A stretch of 64,000 nt of DNA from a virus. Shown one piece after another: positions 49,430 through 57,703 of the stretch. Numbering within the stretch: position 1 is the first letter of the stretch; each line of letters starts with the position of its first letter. The notes beneath the pieces were generated by a model that saw only the letters and a program-made list of their open reading frames with translations, did no database searches and was not told the DNA's origin. Location of the stretch: positions 32,001 through 96,000 of the IMG/VR virus record IMGVR_UViG_3300012642_000011; one strand, given 5' to 3'. Both the position numbers and the translations under genes were made by a program.

Positions 49430-50905
49430 GTGGTTTTGGAGATGACTGACAAATCTAAAGAGTTGTATGATTTGGCGCAGAGACAGTTGGTTGCGTCTTT
49501 ACTCTATGATAGCAGTGAATCTAAAAGAGCTCTTGAGATTGTCAGTTATGAAGACTTCGAAGATCCAGTCATGGAGAGTATTTTCTATGCTATTTTCCAG
49601 TTGTCCAGAACAGACAGTGACATCAACCAGTATACTGTTAGCCAAGAACTTGCAAGATCCAACAATCTTGAAACCATTGGTGGTATTTCAGCAATTTACT
49701 CATTGACTAGCGAGGGCGAAGAGTACGCTACAAAGTCAACAATAGAAAGACTTTCTTCTGTCGTCAGTGAGTTCGCCACAAAGAATAGAATCAAAAAGGT
49801 ACTTGAGGAAAACAAAGATTTCCTTTCGCTTGATTCAGGAGTGACAGCATCTGAGACCATCTCTGGTATGATGAGCAGTTTCAACACGGAATTGATCAGT
49901 CTTTCTGATAATGCTACAACAACCGACTTGTCTGAGTATCTTGAGAATTACAATGAAATACTTGAGGATAGGAAGATCAAGGCAGAGGAGAACAAGGAAC
50001 TTGCCAATGGGTTGCAAGGAATCCCCTCGTGGTTAGACACTTTAGACAAGTACACGCGAGGCTGGCAAGATAGCCAGTTGATTACAGTGGGTGCTCGTAC
50101 TGGTGTTGGTAAGTCCGTTTTTGCTGTCATGTCTGCCGTGAGCGCTGCATCGGCAGGAAAATCTGTTCTCTTCTTCTCATTGGAGATGGGACATGCGTCC
50201 ATTGTTGACAGGATTGTTTCTTGCCTTTCAAACGTTTCCTTGAACAATTTGAAGAGTGGAAATATTGATGAGGAAGATCAAGAGAACTTGGACGTTGCTC
50301 TTGAGCGATTTAAAGACATGAAGATTAAAATTGATACGGATGAGAAGTTGACTACTGATTCCATTCGTGCGCGTTGTGATCGTCAAGCACAGTCTGAGGC
50401 AGGATTAGACATGGTGATCATTGATTATCTTCAGTTGATCACACCTAAAGGCAAACATGGAAGCCGTCAGGAACAGGTTGCTGAAATCTCTAGAGATATG
50501 AAGTTGATTGCAAAGAGTCTTGGCGTTCCTGTGATGGTGCTCGCTCAGTTGAAGAGATCAAGCGGCAACGAAAGTGAAGAAGAGGATAAACTGCCAAAGA
50601 TTGATGACATTCGTGAGTCTGGATCTTTGGGACAGGATTCTGATATCGTTATTCTTCTCCATAGAGAGCCTTCAAAGGATGGGTCAACACCAAAGACAAC
50701 AGTCATCCTTGCAAAGAACAGAGATGGTGAATCGCAGAAATTCATCCATTGTCATTCCAATCTCCAATATTCTCGATTTGATGAGATTAAAACAGAGGAT
50801 TCGATTGATAACATTGATGAAGAGATTGAAGAAAGTGCAGGAGATGAGGGCAGTGATTTTGAAGATTTCGATTTCGATGATGACGATGTGAGTGATTTCC
50901 TATGA
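49430..50905 (+). CDS. dnaB: DnaB-family replicative helicase with an SSB-tip-like acidic C-terminus
   Basis: …LITVGARTGVGKSVFAVMSAVSAA… (Walker A); …DMVIIDYLQLI…; …VMVLAQLKRS…. C-terminal …DFEDFDFDDDDVSDFL. The start could be ATG 49442. Confidence 0.9.
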   Translation: MVLEMTDKSKELYDLAQRQLVASLLYDSSESKRALEIVSYEDFEDPVMESIFYAIFQLSRTDSDINQYTVSQELARSNNLETIGGISAIYSLTSEGEEYATKSTIERLSSVVSEFATKNRIKKVLEENKDFLSLDSGVTASETISGMMSSFNTELISLSDNATTTDLSEYLENYNEILEDRKIKAEENKELANGLQGIPSWLDTLDKYTRGWQDSQLITVGARTGVGKSVFAVMSAVSAASAGKSVLFFSLEMGHASIVDRIVSCLSNVSLNNLKSGNIDEEDQENLDVALERFKDMKIKIDTDEKLTTDSIRARCDRQAQSEAGLDMVIIDYLQLITPKGKHGSRQEQVAEISRDMKLIAKSLGVPVMVLAQLKRSSGNESEEEDKLPKIDDIRESGSLGQDSDIVILLHREPSKDGSTPKTTVILAKNRDGESQKFIHCHSNLQYSRFDEIKTEDSIDNIDEEIEESAGDEGSDFEDFDFDDDDVSDFL

Positions 50906-51369
50906 CACAGACAGATTTTAATGGATTACTAGATGTTATGCGTCTGGATGAAGATGATAAGATTGCTTCTGCTCTCAAGAAGTCTGAAACAGAAGACAAG
51001 GTGAATGCTTTCTTATCTTTATTTCTTACTTATATCCAGAACGAAGAACCGGCTAAGAAGTATAGGAAACTCTTCAGTAAAAAGTCTCAATCTGAGATTG
51101 CTCGATTCATGGCAGATGTAAAGAACACGTATAGGATTATGGTGCTTAATGGGGATTGGAGTGAGAGGAAGTTAGTGGAGATGATTGATCTTGCTGTTGA
51201 TCACAGGAGAGACATCAATCAGTATACACTATCATCTTTAGATCAAATGAGGAGTAGGAATAAAAAGCCAACTCAGCGAACAAGAAATGTTAAGAAAAGA
51301 TCAACTTCAGGAGTGTCTCCTGAATCACATTCTGCATCCCCGCGCAATAGAAGGAGGAAGGCGTCATGA
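50902..51369 (+). CDS. Small protein with a strongly basic C-terminus (possible nucleic-acid binder)
   Basis: ATGA-coupled to dnaB. C-terminal …RSRNKKPTQRTRNVKKRSTSGVSPESHSASPRNRRRKAS. Confidence 0.4.
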   Translation: MTQTDFNGLLDVMRLDEDDKIASALKKSETEDKVNAFLSLFLTYIQNEEPAKKYRKLFSKKSQSEIARFMADVKNTYRIMVLNGDWSERKLVEMIDLAVDHRRDINQYTLSSLDQMRSRNKKPTQRTRNVKKRSTSGVSPESHSASPRNRRRKAS

Positions 51370-52082
51370 CAAAGGATCTCTCAGAAATCAGAGTATCTGA
51401 AAGAAGGATGGCAGTAAACCACAATGAGACTGATTATGAGTCTTTCAAAGAGGTCAAAGAGTCTATCAGGCGCGGTGTTGGCAAGGTCAACAGGGACATT
51501 GAGAAACAGAGACGAAAAGAGTCTTTGATGGAGTGGGTGCGAAGCGTGCCACAAAGATGGTCAAAAGTAACAGTCAATAATCTACCTGAAGAGAATGCGC
51601 AAAGGATCAAAGATCTCATAGATGAAAAAGGCGTGTCATCTGTCTACATCTGTCATGGGTCAACAACAGAGATGATGGATATATGTTATGCTCTCGGGAG
51701 AAGATTTGTCAGTGGTGGCAGAGCGAGGTTTGAGAACTTTGCTTTTGTTAACGAAGAGTCTCTTTCTGCCCTGTCCAAATCAGGTTTTGAGGGTAAGAAA
51801 GAAGTTGATAAACTTTTCGCAAAGAATAAAAGAGTCTACGTCCTTACAGGCGTGATTAGAGATCATTACGATCCAAGAGAACTTTCTTTTATGAAGAGAT
51901 TGATTGAACATATCTATAGTAATGAATTATTCCTGATTGTTTCATCTTCTATTGATTTCCATGAGTTCTGTGGAAACATTGAAGGGGCAGAGGATATTCT
52001 TCAGGAGATTTTCAAGGATTCAGTAATCGTGTTGGAAGACAAGAAGGACTCTGATTTGTTAGACATGTTCAGCAAAGACTAA
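51366..52082 (+). CDS. Hypothetical protein in the helicase-loader position, with a degenerate P-loop-like segment
   Basis: …KGVSSVYICHGSTTEMMDICYALGRRF… resembles a DnaC/IstB Walker A region that lacks the Lys. Gene order is dnaB–X–this gene. Confidence 0.25.
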   Translation: MTKDLSEIRVSERRMAVNHNETDYESFKEVKESIRRGVGKVNRDIEKQRRKESLMEWVRSVPQRWSKVTVNNLPEENAQRIKDLIDEKGVSSVYICHGSTTEMMDICYALGRRFVSGGRARFENFAFVNEESLSALSKSGFEGKKEVDKLFAKNKRVYVLTGVIRDHYDPRELSFMKRLIEHIYSNELFLIVSSSIDFHEFCGNIEGAEDILQEIFKDSVIVLEDKKDSDLLDMFSKD

Positions 52083-52155
52083 TGATTCAACTTGTGTTCT
52101 TCTGATCTCTTTGCTATCATAGGTACAAACCAGACCGTAGAGTTAGGAAGAAATA

Positions 52156-54645
52156 GTGAGTTTTTTCAAGGACAGGAAAGTAGAGGAAGAGGATACTAAC
52201 CTCTCAGGATTGCTCGGGGAGAAGGGTCTTCCCTCTGATGAGTATGATCCCAATTCCGTGGCTAACAAGCGTGTTCCTAAGAAGACATGGCTGACTCTTG
52301 GCGCAGCAGGTCTTGTTTTTGGAACTGCCGCACTTGGAGCAGGATCTGTCGTGATGGCACCTGCCTTGGCTATTGCTGCTCCGAGCGTTGAGAGTTATAA
52401 GAATCTTCCTGAAAGTCTCCCTGATGCAACCATTGCTCAGAGAAGTGTGATGTATGACATCAATGGTGAGCCTTTCGCTGAAATCTATTCTCAGGATCGA
52501 GTGGTACTTGATTCTCTCGACAAGGTGAGTGACAACGTAAAGAATGCTTTGATCTCCACTGAGGACAAGAGATTCTATGAGCACAGTGGTTTTGACCCTG
52601 TGGGAACTGCACGTGCTGCCATTAGTGGTTCTGGTGGTGGATCTGGTATTACTCAGCAGTTGATCAAGAACTATCAGTTCTATGACATGGCTGGAAAAAA
52701 CAAGGAAAAGGCTATTGAGGCAACTTTAAGTCGTAAGATTCAGGAGTTGAAGTTTTCTCTTGATTATGAGAAGAACCACTCAAAGGATGAGATTCTTCTC
52801 AACTACTTGAACCTTGTTTCATTCGGCTCTCCCTCTACTTACTCCATTGAAGGAGCATCCAAGTACTTCTTTGGAAAGTCTGCCAAGGATCTTGATGTGG
52901 CTGAAGCCGCAGTCCTTGTAGGTACTGTGCAGAATCCAGTTAGCCTAAATCTCAACAAGGTCAACAAGGATGTTTTCAACGAGTACTCTAAGATCTATGT
53001 AGAAAAGTCTTCTAAGCAGGCAAGAATGTATCTCGACAAGGAGATCGAGAAGGGAAACATTGATGAGGCTCAGAAGAAGACAACAATCAAGATTAAAGAA
53101 CGTCAGAATGAGGTCTTGTCAAGAATGGCCGATGAGGGCCATATTGACAAGGATAAGGTTGAGGAGTTTTATGCGACTCCGTTGAACCTTGTCTACAAGA
53201 AGTCTTCTACAGGAAACTGTACCTCATCCGAGTATGAGTCTTATTGTGAGCGTGTCCTTAAAGAATTGAGCAATTCACCTCGTCTTGGAGAGACTGAGGA
53301 AGAGCGTGCTATTGTCATTGATAAGGGCGGATTGCATATTCATACTTATCTTGATCCTAAGGTTCAGGACAAGGTAACCAATCGACTGAAGAGTGACTTT
53401 GGTTATGAGAATCGTGTCGTTGCCCCTACTGCTATCGTCCAGCCCGGAACAGGTGGAATCCTTGCCGCTGATGTGAACAGAGAATACGGAGATGGTGACG
53501 GAAAGACCACTATCGATGTTCCTTCTGTCAGGACAGGTACAGGTTCTGCTTACAAGATGTTCACACTTGCTGCTGCTCTTGAAAATGGCATGTCTCCACA
53601 GCAGTTGGAATTCTCCACACCATGTCCTCTTTATTTCAGTGACTTCGATGAGCCTAGTGGCGGATTCAGTAACAGCCTTGGTTGTAGCAAACTTCAGTCA
53701 CAGAATTTGAACTTTGAGCAGGCTACTGCTTACTCATCAAACACATGGTTCACTGCCCTTGCTGAGAAGATTGCTTATCCCAATGGAGAGTTTGTTGGTC
53801 TTGAGCCTGTCTTTAAAATGACAGATTCACTCGGTCTGCATACTCCTGAGAACGTCACTAACAGGTCAATGTCCTATGTCCTTGGTGCTACAGGAAACTC
53901 TACTATTGATATGGCTGCTGCCTATGCCGCCTTCGCTAATGAAGGTGTGTACTGTCCTCCTACATCAGTGAAGAGTTATGAATACTCTGATGGAACTTCA
54001 CCCGTTGTTCCTGAGAGTTATAACCCTGAAGACACTAGTTGCCGTGCGGCTATGAGTCCTAGAACAGCGTCCACTGTTCTTCGTGCTATGCGAGCAAACA
54101 CTGTACCTGGTCATGTTGACAATGCCTTCGGTTTGATGGGTAACGTTCCCGGTTATGATGCTGTAGGAAAGTCTGGTACTAACCAGAACTACAACTACAC
54201 ATGGGGTCAGGTTTCCAAGAATTATTCTCTCTTCATCAACATCACTGACATGGATAAGATGACTCGTGGTGTGAATGGAAACTTCTGGTTCCGTGGTGGC
54301 CGTGCAGGTACAAGCACTGCTGTGATTGCTGGATCATCTGTGATGAAGGATGTACTCAAGGGAACTACACCTGTTCCTCTTGACTTCAACAACACCAGCA
54401 CTGATCGTGTCAATGTCCCTGTTGAGCGAAAGGATTTCTTTACAGTTCCTTCCGTAGTGGGTATGTCTCCTGAGCAGGCATTGGATACGTTGAGGTCAAC
54501 TGGCGTCAAGTCCAATGTAAGCAAGGAGAAGATTGCTTCTCAGAATGGTCTCCCATCCGGTGTGATCGGTGAACAGTCAATTCCTGCTGGGGAGAAACTT
54601 GCTGTGGGAACGCAGAAGGAGATTGTTCTCAAGATGGTCAATTGA
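52156..54645 (+). CDS. Class A penicillin-binding protein (GT51 glycosyltransferase plus transpeptidase) with a C-terminal PASTA domain
   Basis: GTG start follows AGGAAG. TM anchor; GT51 motif EDKRFYEHSGFD; transpeptidase SxxK (GSAYK), SSN and KSG motifs; C-terminal PASTA-like …FTVPSVVGMSPEQALDTLRSTGV…. Confidence 0.85.
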   Translation: MSFFKDRKVEEEDTNLSGLLGEKGLPSDEYDPNSVANKRVPKKTWLTLGAAGLVFGTAALGAGSVVMAPALAIAAPSVESYKNLPESLPDATIAQRSVMYDINGEPFAEIYSQDRVVLDSLDKVSDNVKNALISTEDKRFYEHSGFDPVGTARAAISGSGGGSGITQQLIKNYQFYDMAGKNKEKAIEATLSRKIQELKFSLDYEKNHSKDEILLNYLNLVSFGSPSTYSIEGASKYFFGKSAKDLDVAEAAVLVGTVQNPVSLNLNKVNKDVFNEYSKIYVEKSSKQARMYLDKEIEKGNIDEAQKKTTIKIKERQNEVLSRMADEGHIDKDKVEEFYATPLNLVYKKSSTGNCTSSEYESYCERVLKELSNSPRLGETEEERAIVIDKGGLHIHTYLDPKVQDKVTNRLKSDFGYENRVVAPTAIVQPGTGGILAADVNREYGDGDGKTTIDVPSVRTGTGSAYKMFTLAAALENGMSPQQLEFSTPCPLYFSDFDEPSGGFSNSLGCSKLQSQNLNFEQATAYSSNTWFTALAEKIAYPNGEFVGLEPVFKMTDSLGLHTPENVTNRSMSYVLGATGNSTIDMAAAYAAFANEGVYCPPTSVKSYEYSDGTSPVVPESYNPEDTSCRAAMSPRTASTVLRAMRANTVPGHVDNAFGLMGNVPGYDAVGKSGTNQNYNYTWGQVSKNYSLFINITDMDKMTRGVNGNFWFRGGRAGTSTAVIAGSSVMKDVLKGTTPVPLDFNNTSTDRVNVPVERKDFFTVPSVVGMSPEQALDTLRSTGVKSNVSKEKIASQNGLPSGVIGEQSIPAGEKLAVGTQKEIVLKMVN

Positions 54646-54661
54646 CAATTTTGAAAAAACG

Positions 54662-54692
54662 AAAGAGCAAGTCATTCATTGGCTTGCTCTTT
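54662..54692 (+). terminator. Probable terminator (stem-loop with a weak T-tract)
   Basis: AAAGAGCAAG-tcattcattgg-CTTGCTCTTT, followed immediately by a TATAAT-like box. Confidence 0.5.
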
Positions 54693-54741
54693 CGCTATAA
54701 TAAAGTAAAGTTTAGACCATTTTAAAGGGAGTGTATCATTG

Positions 54742-55902
54742 ATGAAGTTTAAAATAAATTCCGAAGATTTTTCCAATGCAATTTCTTGGGTTACACAGGG
54801 AGCAGCGTTAAAGGAAACACATCCCGTCATTTTGGCATTGGATTCAGAGGATTCAGCGCATGTGTACTTCTTTGATGGTACACAATATGCAAAGGATAAT
54901 CTTGACATCAGCAACTTCAATGGTGATTTTGAGGAAACAAAAATTCTCATGGACGCCAAGTTTGTGAAGAACCTTGCCAAAGTCATCAAGGATTTTCCTG
55001 GTGAAATGCAGATCGAAGAGCAGAAGAGCCAACTTCTTGTGAAAACGCAAGGGGGAAACAAGTTCCATATTCCTCTTCTGGATCAAGTCTCACCATCAGA
55101 GCCAGAGATTATCACTATTGGTGAAGTTGATGAAGCAGAGTTCTTTGAAATCATTTCAAGAGTGTCCAAGATTTCCGATCCATCCAGTACGCTGACACTT
55201 GTCAACTCTGTTGGGTTTGTTTTCGATATGGAGAAAACAGGATCTGAACAGGTTATTGCTATTGCGACAGACAAGTTCGCATTCAGTGAAGTCAGAGTTC
55301 CCTTCGTGCCAGCAAAGACAGCAGGTGGAAAGAAAAAACAGCAGTTGACATATGCTCTTCCTGCTTCCAAGGCTACTATCGCCAACTCCACTAAGACAGT
55401 AGGGTCTCCTGTTGCATTGATTACATCTACCAATATGGGATTCGGTTATTCCTTCGGTGACGGTAGAATCGTCCTTTTCTCAACCAACTCTGATGAAGTT
55501 ATGATGAAGCCTTCCGAACAGATGAAGGCGGCTGCTGAAAAAACGAATCAGTCTGCTACATTCAGCAAGAAGGATTTTGAGAAAGCATTGAACGCTATTT
55601 CCAACCTTTCTTTGGATTCTAACACCAAGAATCTAAAGGTTGTCATCAAGAATTCTAAGATGAGCATGAGTGACATTGATGACAATAACAGCATTAATAT
55701 TGACCTCATTGATTCAGAGATTGAAGAAGACATTGAGATCACTGTTCTCAGAGATGCTGTGAGAAAGGCTATGTTGCCTGTCACTACCGCCAACATGAAA
55801 ATCAAGTGGGTGGAGCAATCAAAGGTCATGCAGGTTGTCTGTGTAGACAATGATGGAAATGACATTGAAGAGATCTTCACTGTGTGTATTGTCGCGCTCT
55901 GA
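54742..55902 (+). CDS. dnaN: DNA polymerase III beta sliding-clamp-like protein
   Basis: ATG 54742 lies 10 nt after AGGGAG. ~387 aa. The N-terminal pattern MKFKI…ISWVTQGAALKETHPVILAL… matches clamp domain I. It lies in the replication cluster. Confidence 0.5.
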   Translation: MKFKINSEDFSNAISWVTQGAALKETHPVILALDSEDSAHVYFFDGTQYAKDNLDISNFNGDFEETKILMDAKFVKNLAKVIKDFPGEMQIEEQKSQLLVKTQGGNKFHIPLLDQVSPSEPEIITIGEVDEAEFFEIISRVSKISDPSSTLTLVNSVGFVFDMEKTGSEQVIAIATDKFAFSEVRVPFVPAKTAGGKKKQQLTYALPASKATIANSTKTVGSPVALITSTNMGFGYSFGDGRIVLFSTNSDEVMMKPSEQMKAAAEKTNQSATFSKKDFEKALNAISNLSLDSNTKNLKVVIKNSKMSMSDIDDNNSINIDLIDSEIEEDIEITVLRDAVRKAMLPVTTANMKIKWVEQSKVMQVVCVDNDGNDIEEIFTVCIVAL

Positions 55903-55916
55903 TTGATCATTGATCA

Positions 55917-55954
55917 AAATAGCACTGAGATTTTCTTCTCAGTGCTATTTTGCT
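55917..55954 (+). terminator. Rho-independent terminator
   Basis: AAATAGCACTGAGA-ttttct-TCTCAGTGCTATTT (14-bp stem) followed by TGCTG. Confidence 0.8.
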
Positions 55955-56005
55955 GTAAACATCTGATATTTTTATTCGATACCATAGTTATTTAAAGGCG
56001 GACAC

Positions 56006-56671
56006 ATGTTGTTTCTTAGTTTATCAGTTATTTTTTCTCTTCTCCTTTTCTTCATCAGTTTTAAGACTCAAGAAAAATGGATGAAGAGTGAAAAAATGCA
56101 CCCATTTGATTGGAAGAAACTCAACCTTGTTGCACTTAGTGTCACATTACTTGCAAATTTTGGCTTGTCCTTTTTTATAGCAGATCACATTAATAATTCT
56201 ACATCATTGAGTGCTTTGCTTGCTGCTGTAACCTCTTCTCTTGTGTACACATCAGTACAAACAGTCACTGACTTCAAGGTGAGAAGAGCATACAGATGGA
56301 CACTTATCATGGGTTATGTTTCTGTGATTGCTTGCGCCTTATGGGATTACGCGGCAAACGATATGATGTCCTCATTCATGTTCTACCTGCTTGTTCTTAT
56401 TATTGTAGGACTGGGAATCCTCTTCAAAGGTATTGGAATGTCTGATACCAGAGCAATGATCCTTGTCTGTGCTTCCATTGTTCCCATTGCAGGTGTGCAA
56501 GGTTTGAATTACTACCTCTACTTATTCCTCTTTTTCCTCATTGGTTATACATTGATTTTTAAAATCAGGAATAAAGAGGTAAAGATATTGACTACTAAAA
56601 TTTCATTCCCCATGGTGCCCATTTTTATCTGGCCTGCATTGATCATAGTATTAAAAACAGTTTTGCTATGA
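56006..56671 (+). CDS. Polytopic membrane protein, possibly an A24 prepilin-peptidase-like protein (TadV/CpaA type)
   Basis: 6-7 TM helices. …TDFKVRRAY… resembles the first Asp box (D-x3-RRIPN). …GIGMSDTRAMIL… resembles the second (G-G-GDVKL). A late FPMVP resembles PilD PFGP. Confidence 0.3.
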   Translation: MLFLSLSVIFSLLLFFISFKTQEKWMKSEKMHPFDWKKLNLVALSVTLLANFGLSFFIADHINNSTSLSALLAAVTSSLVYTSVQTVTDFKVRRAYRWTLIMGYVSVIACALWDYAANDMMSSFMFYLLVLIIVGLGILFKGIGMSDTRAMILVCASIVPIAGVQGLNYYLYLFLFFLIGYTLIFKIRNKEVKILTTKISFPMVPIFIWPALIIVLKTVLL

Positions 56672-56704
56672 TAGGGGAAAGTTTTATGACAAAGGAGAAA
56701 ACCC

Positions 56705-57646
56705 ATGGATGACATTCTCGACAGTATTGAAGACCTTGAACTTGAAGATCAAGAAGAGGACTTTTCCGGTGAAGTAATTGAAGTAGATGATTCAATGATC
56801 TCAGATGTCAATGACATCATTGAAAGTTCTGCAACCATGAGTCGTGAGGAAGCAGAAGACCTCACTACAGCAATCAGATCAACTTCAGATGCTCTTTATA
56901 TTCTTCTTGCTAGAGCACACGATGGCAAGGCATACAGAATTCTTGGCTACAATACGTGGAAAGAGTATGTGCAGACAGAGTTCGAAATCTCTCCACAAAC
57001 CAGTTATAGACTTCTTGACATGTCAAGAGTCATCCGTGAACTTGAGCAAGCAACACCTGAAGGAACAAAGGTAAAGTTGACACAAGCTCAGGCTATCGCT
57101 ATCAAGAAGGAACTTCCTCGCATCACTGATGAGGTGAGAGAAGCCACAGAAGGTAAGACTGCAGAAGAGGCAGAAGACTTCCTTGAAGAGATGATGAAGA
57201 AAAAGAAAGAGCAGCAGAAAGAAGACAAGAAGGCTATTGAGGCCAAGGAGAAGTCATTGGCTGAAGCGGAGGCTGACGGCATCAGTAAGGGCCTTGAAAT
57301 GGCTGCAGATGCTTTCCTTGAAGAGCATGATGGAAAGGAAACCAATAAGGACAGTGAAGGGTTCACACCAGACGCTCCTGACAACATCACTTCATCTGCA
57401 GATGGTGAGTTCATTGATGTTCAAATCAAGGGCGAAGGTGGAGTTTCACCAGAAGTAATGTATGTGCTGAGCAACCTCTCCAACATGGCTATCTCCTCCG
57501 AGACCTTCCCTGATCCTGAAGTGATTGTTGACGCTGTTCCTGGCTCTTCACTTGACCAGATGTACGATCAGATCACTAGCCTTCAGGAGTACGTCAACAG
57601 GCTTGCTACTCTCCTTGAAGAGAGAAAGTACAGGGAGAGTGAGTGA
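56705..57646 (+). CDS. Acidic protein with a ParB/KorB-like HTH segment
   Basis: …GYNTWKEYVQTEFEISPQTSYRLLDMSRVIREL… fits the ParB-type HTH pattern. E/K-rich coiled coil. Confidence 0.3.
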   Translation: MDDILDSIEDLELEDQEEDFSGEVIEVDDSMISDVNDIIESSATMSREEAEDLTTAIRSTSDALYILLARAHDGKAYRILGYNTWKEYVQTEFEISPQTSYRLLDMSRVIRELEQATPEGTKVKLTQAQAIAIKKELPRITDEVREATEGKTAEEAEDFLEEMMKKKKEQQKEDKKAIEAKEKSLAEAEADGISKGLEMAADAFLEEHDGKETNKDSEGFTPDAPDNITSSADGEFIDVQIKGEGGVSPEVMYVLSNLSNMAISSETFPDPEVIVDAVPGSSLDQMYDQITSLQEYVNRLATLLEERKYRESE

Positions 57647-57703
57647 TCTTCTACTGTTTTTGATACAATGCTGAACATAAGCACATAAGACAGAAGAAAG
57701 AGG

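Noticed and set aside
55902-55916. Near-palindrome TTGATCATTGATCAA right after the clamp-like gene
   Set aside because: It is an imperfect palindrome immediately adjacent to a much stronger 14-bp terminator hairpin. It is more likely part of the terminator context than an independent operator.
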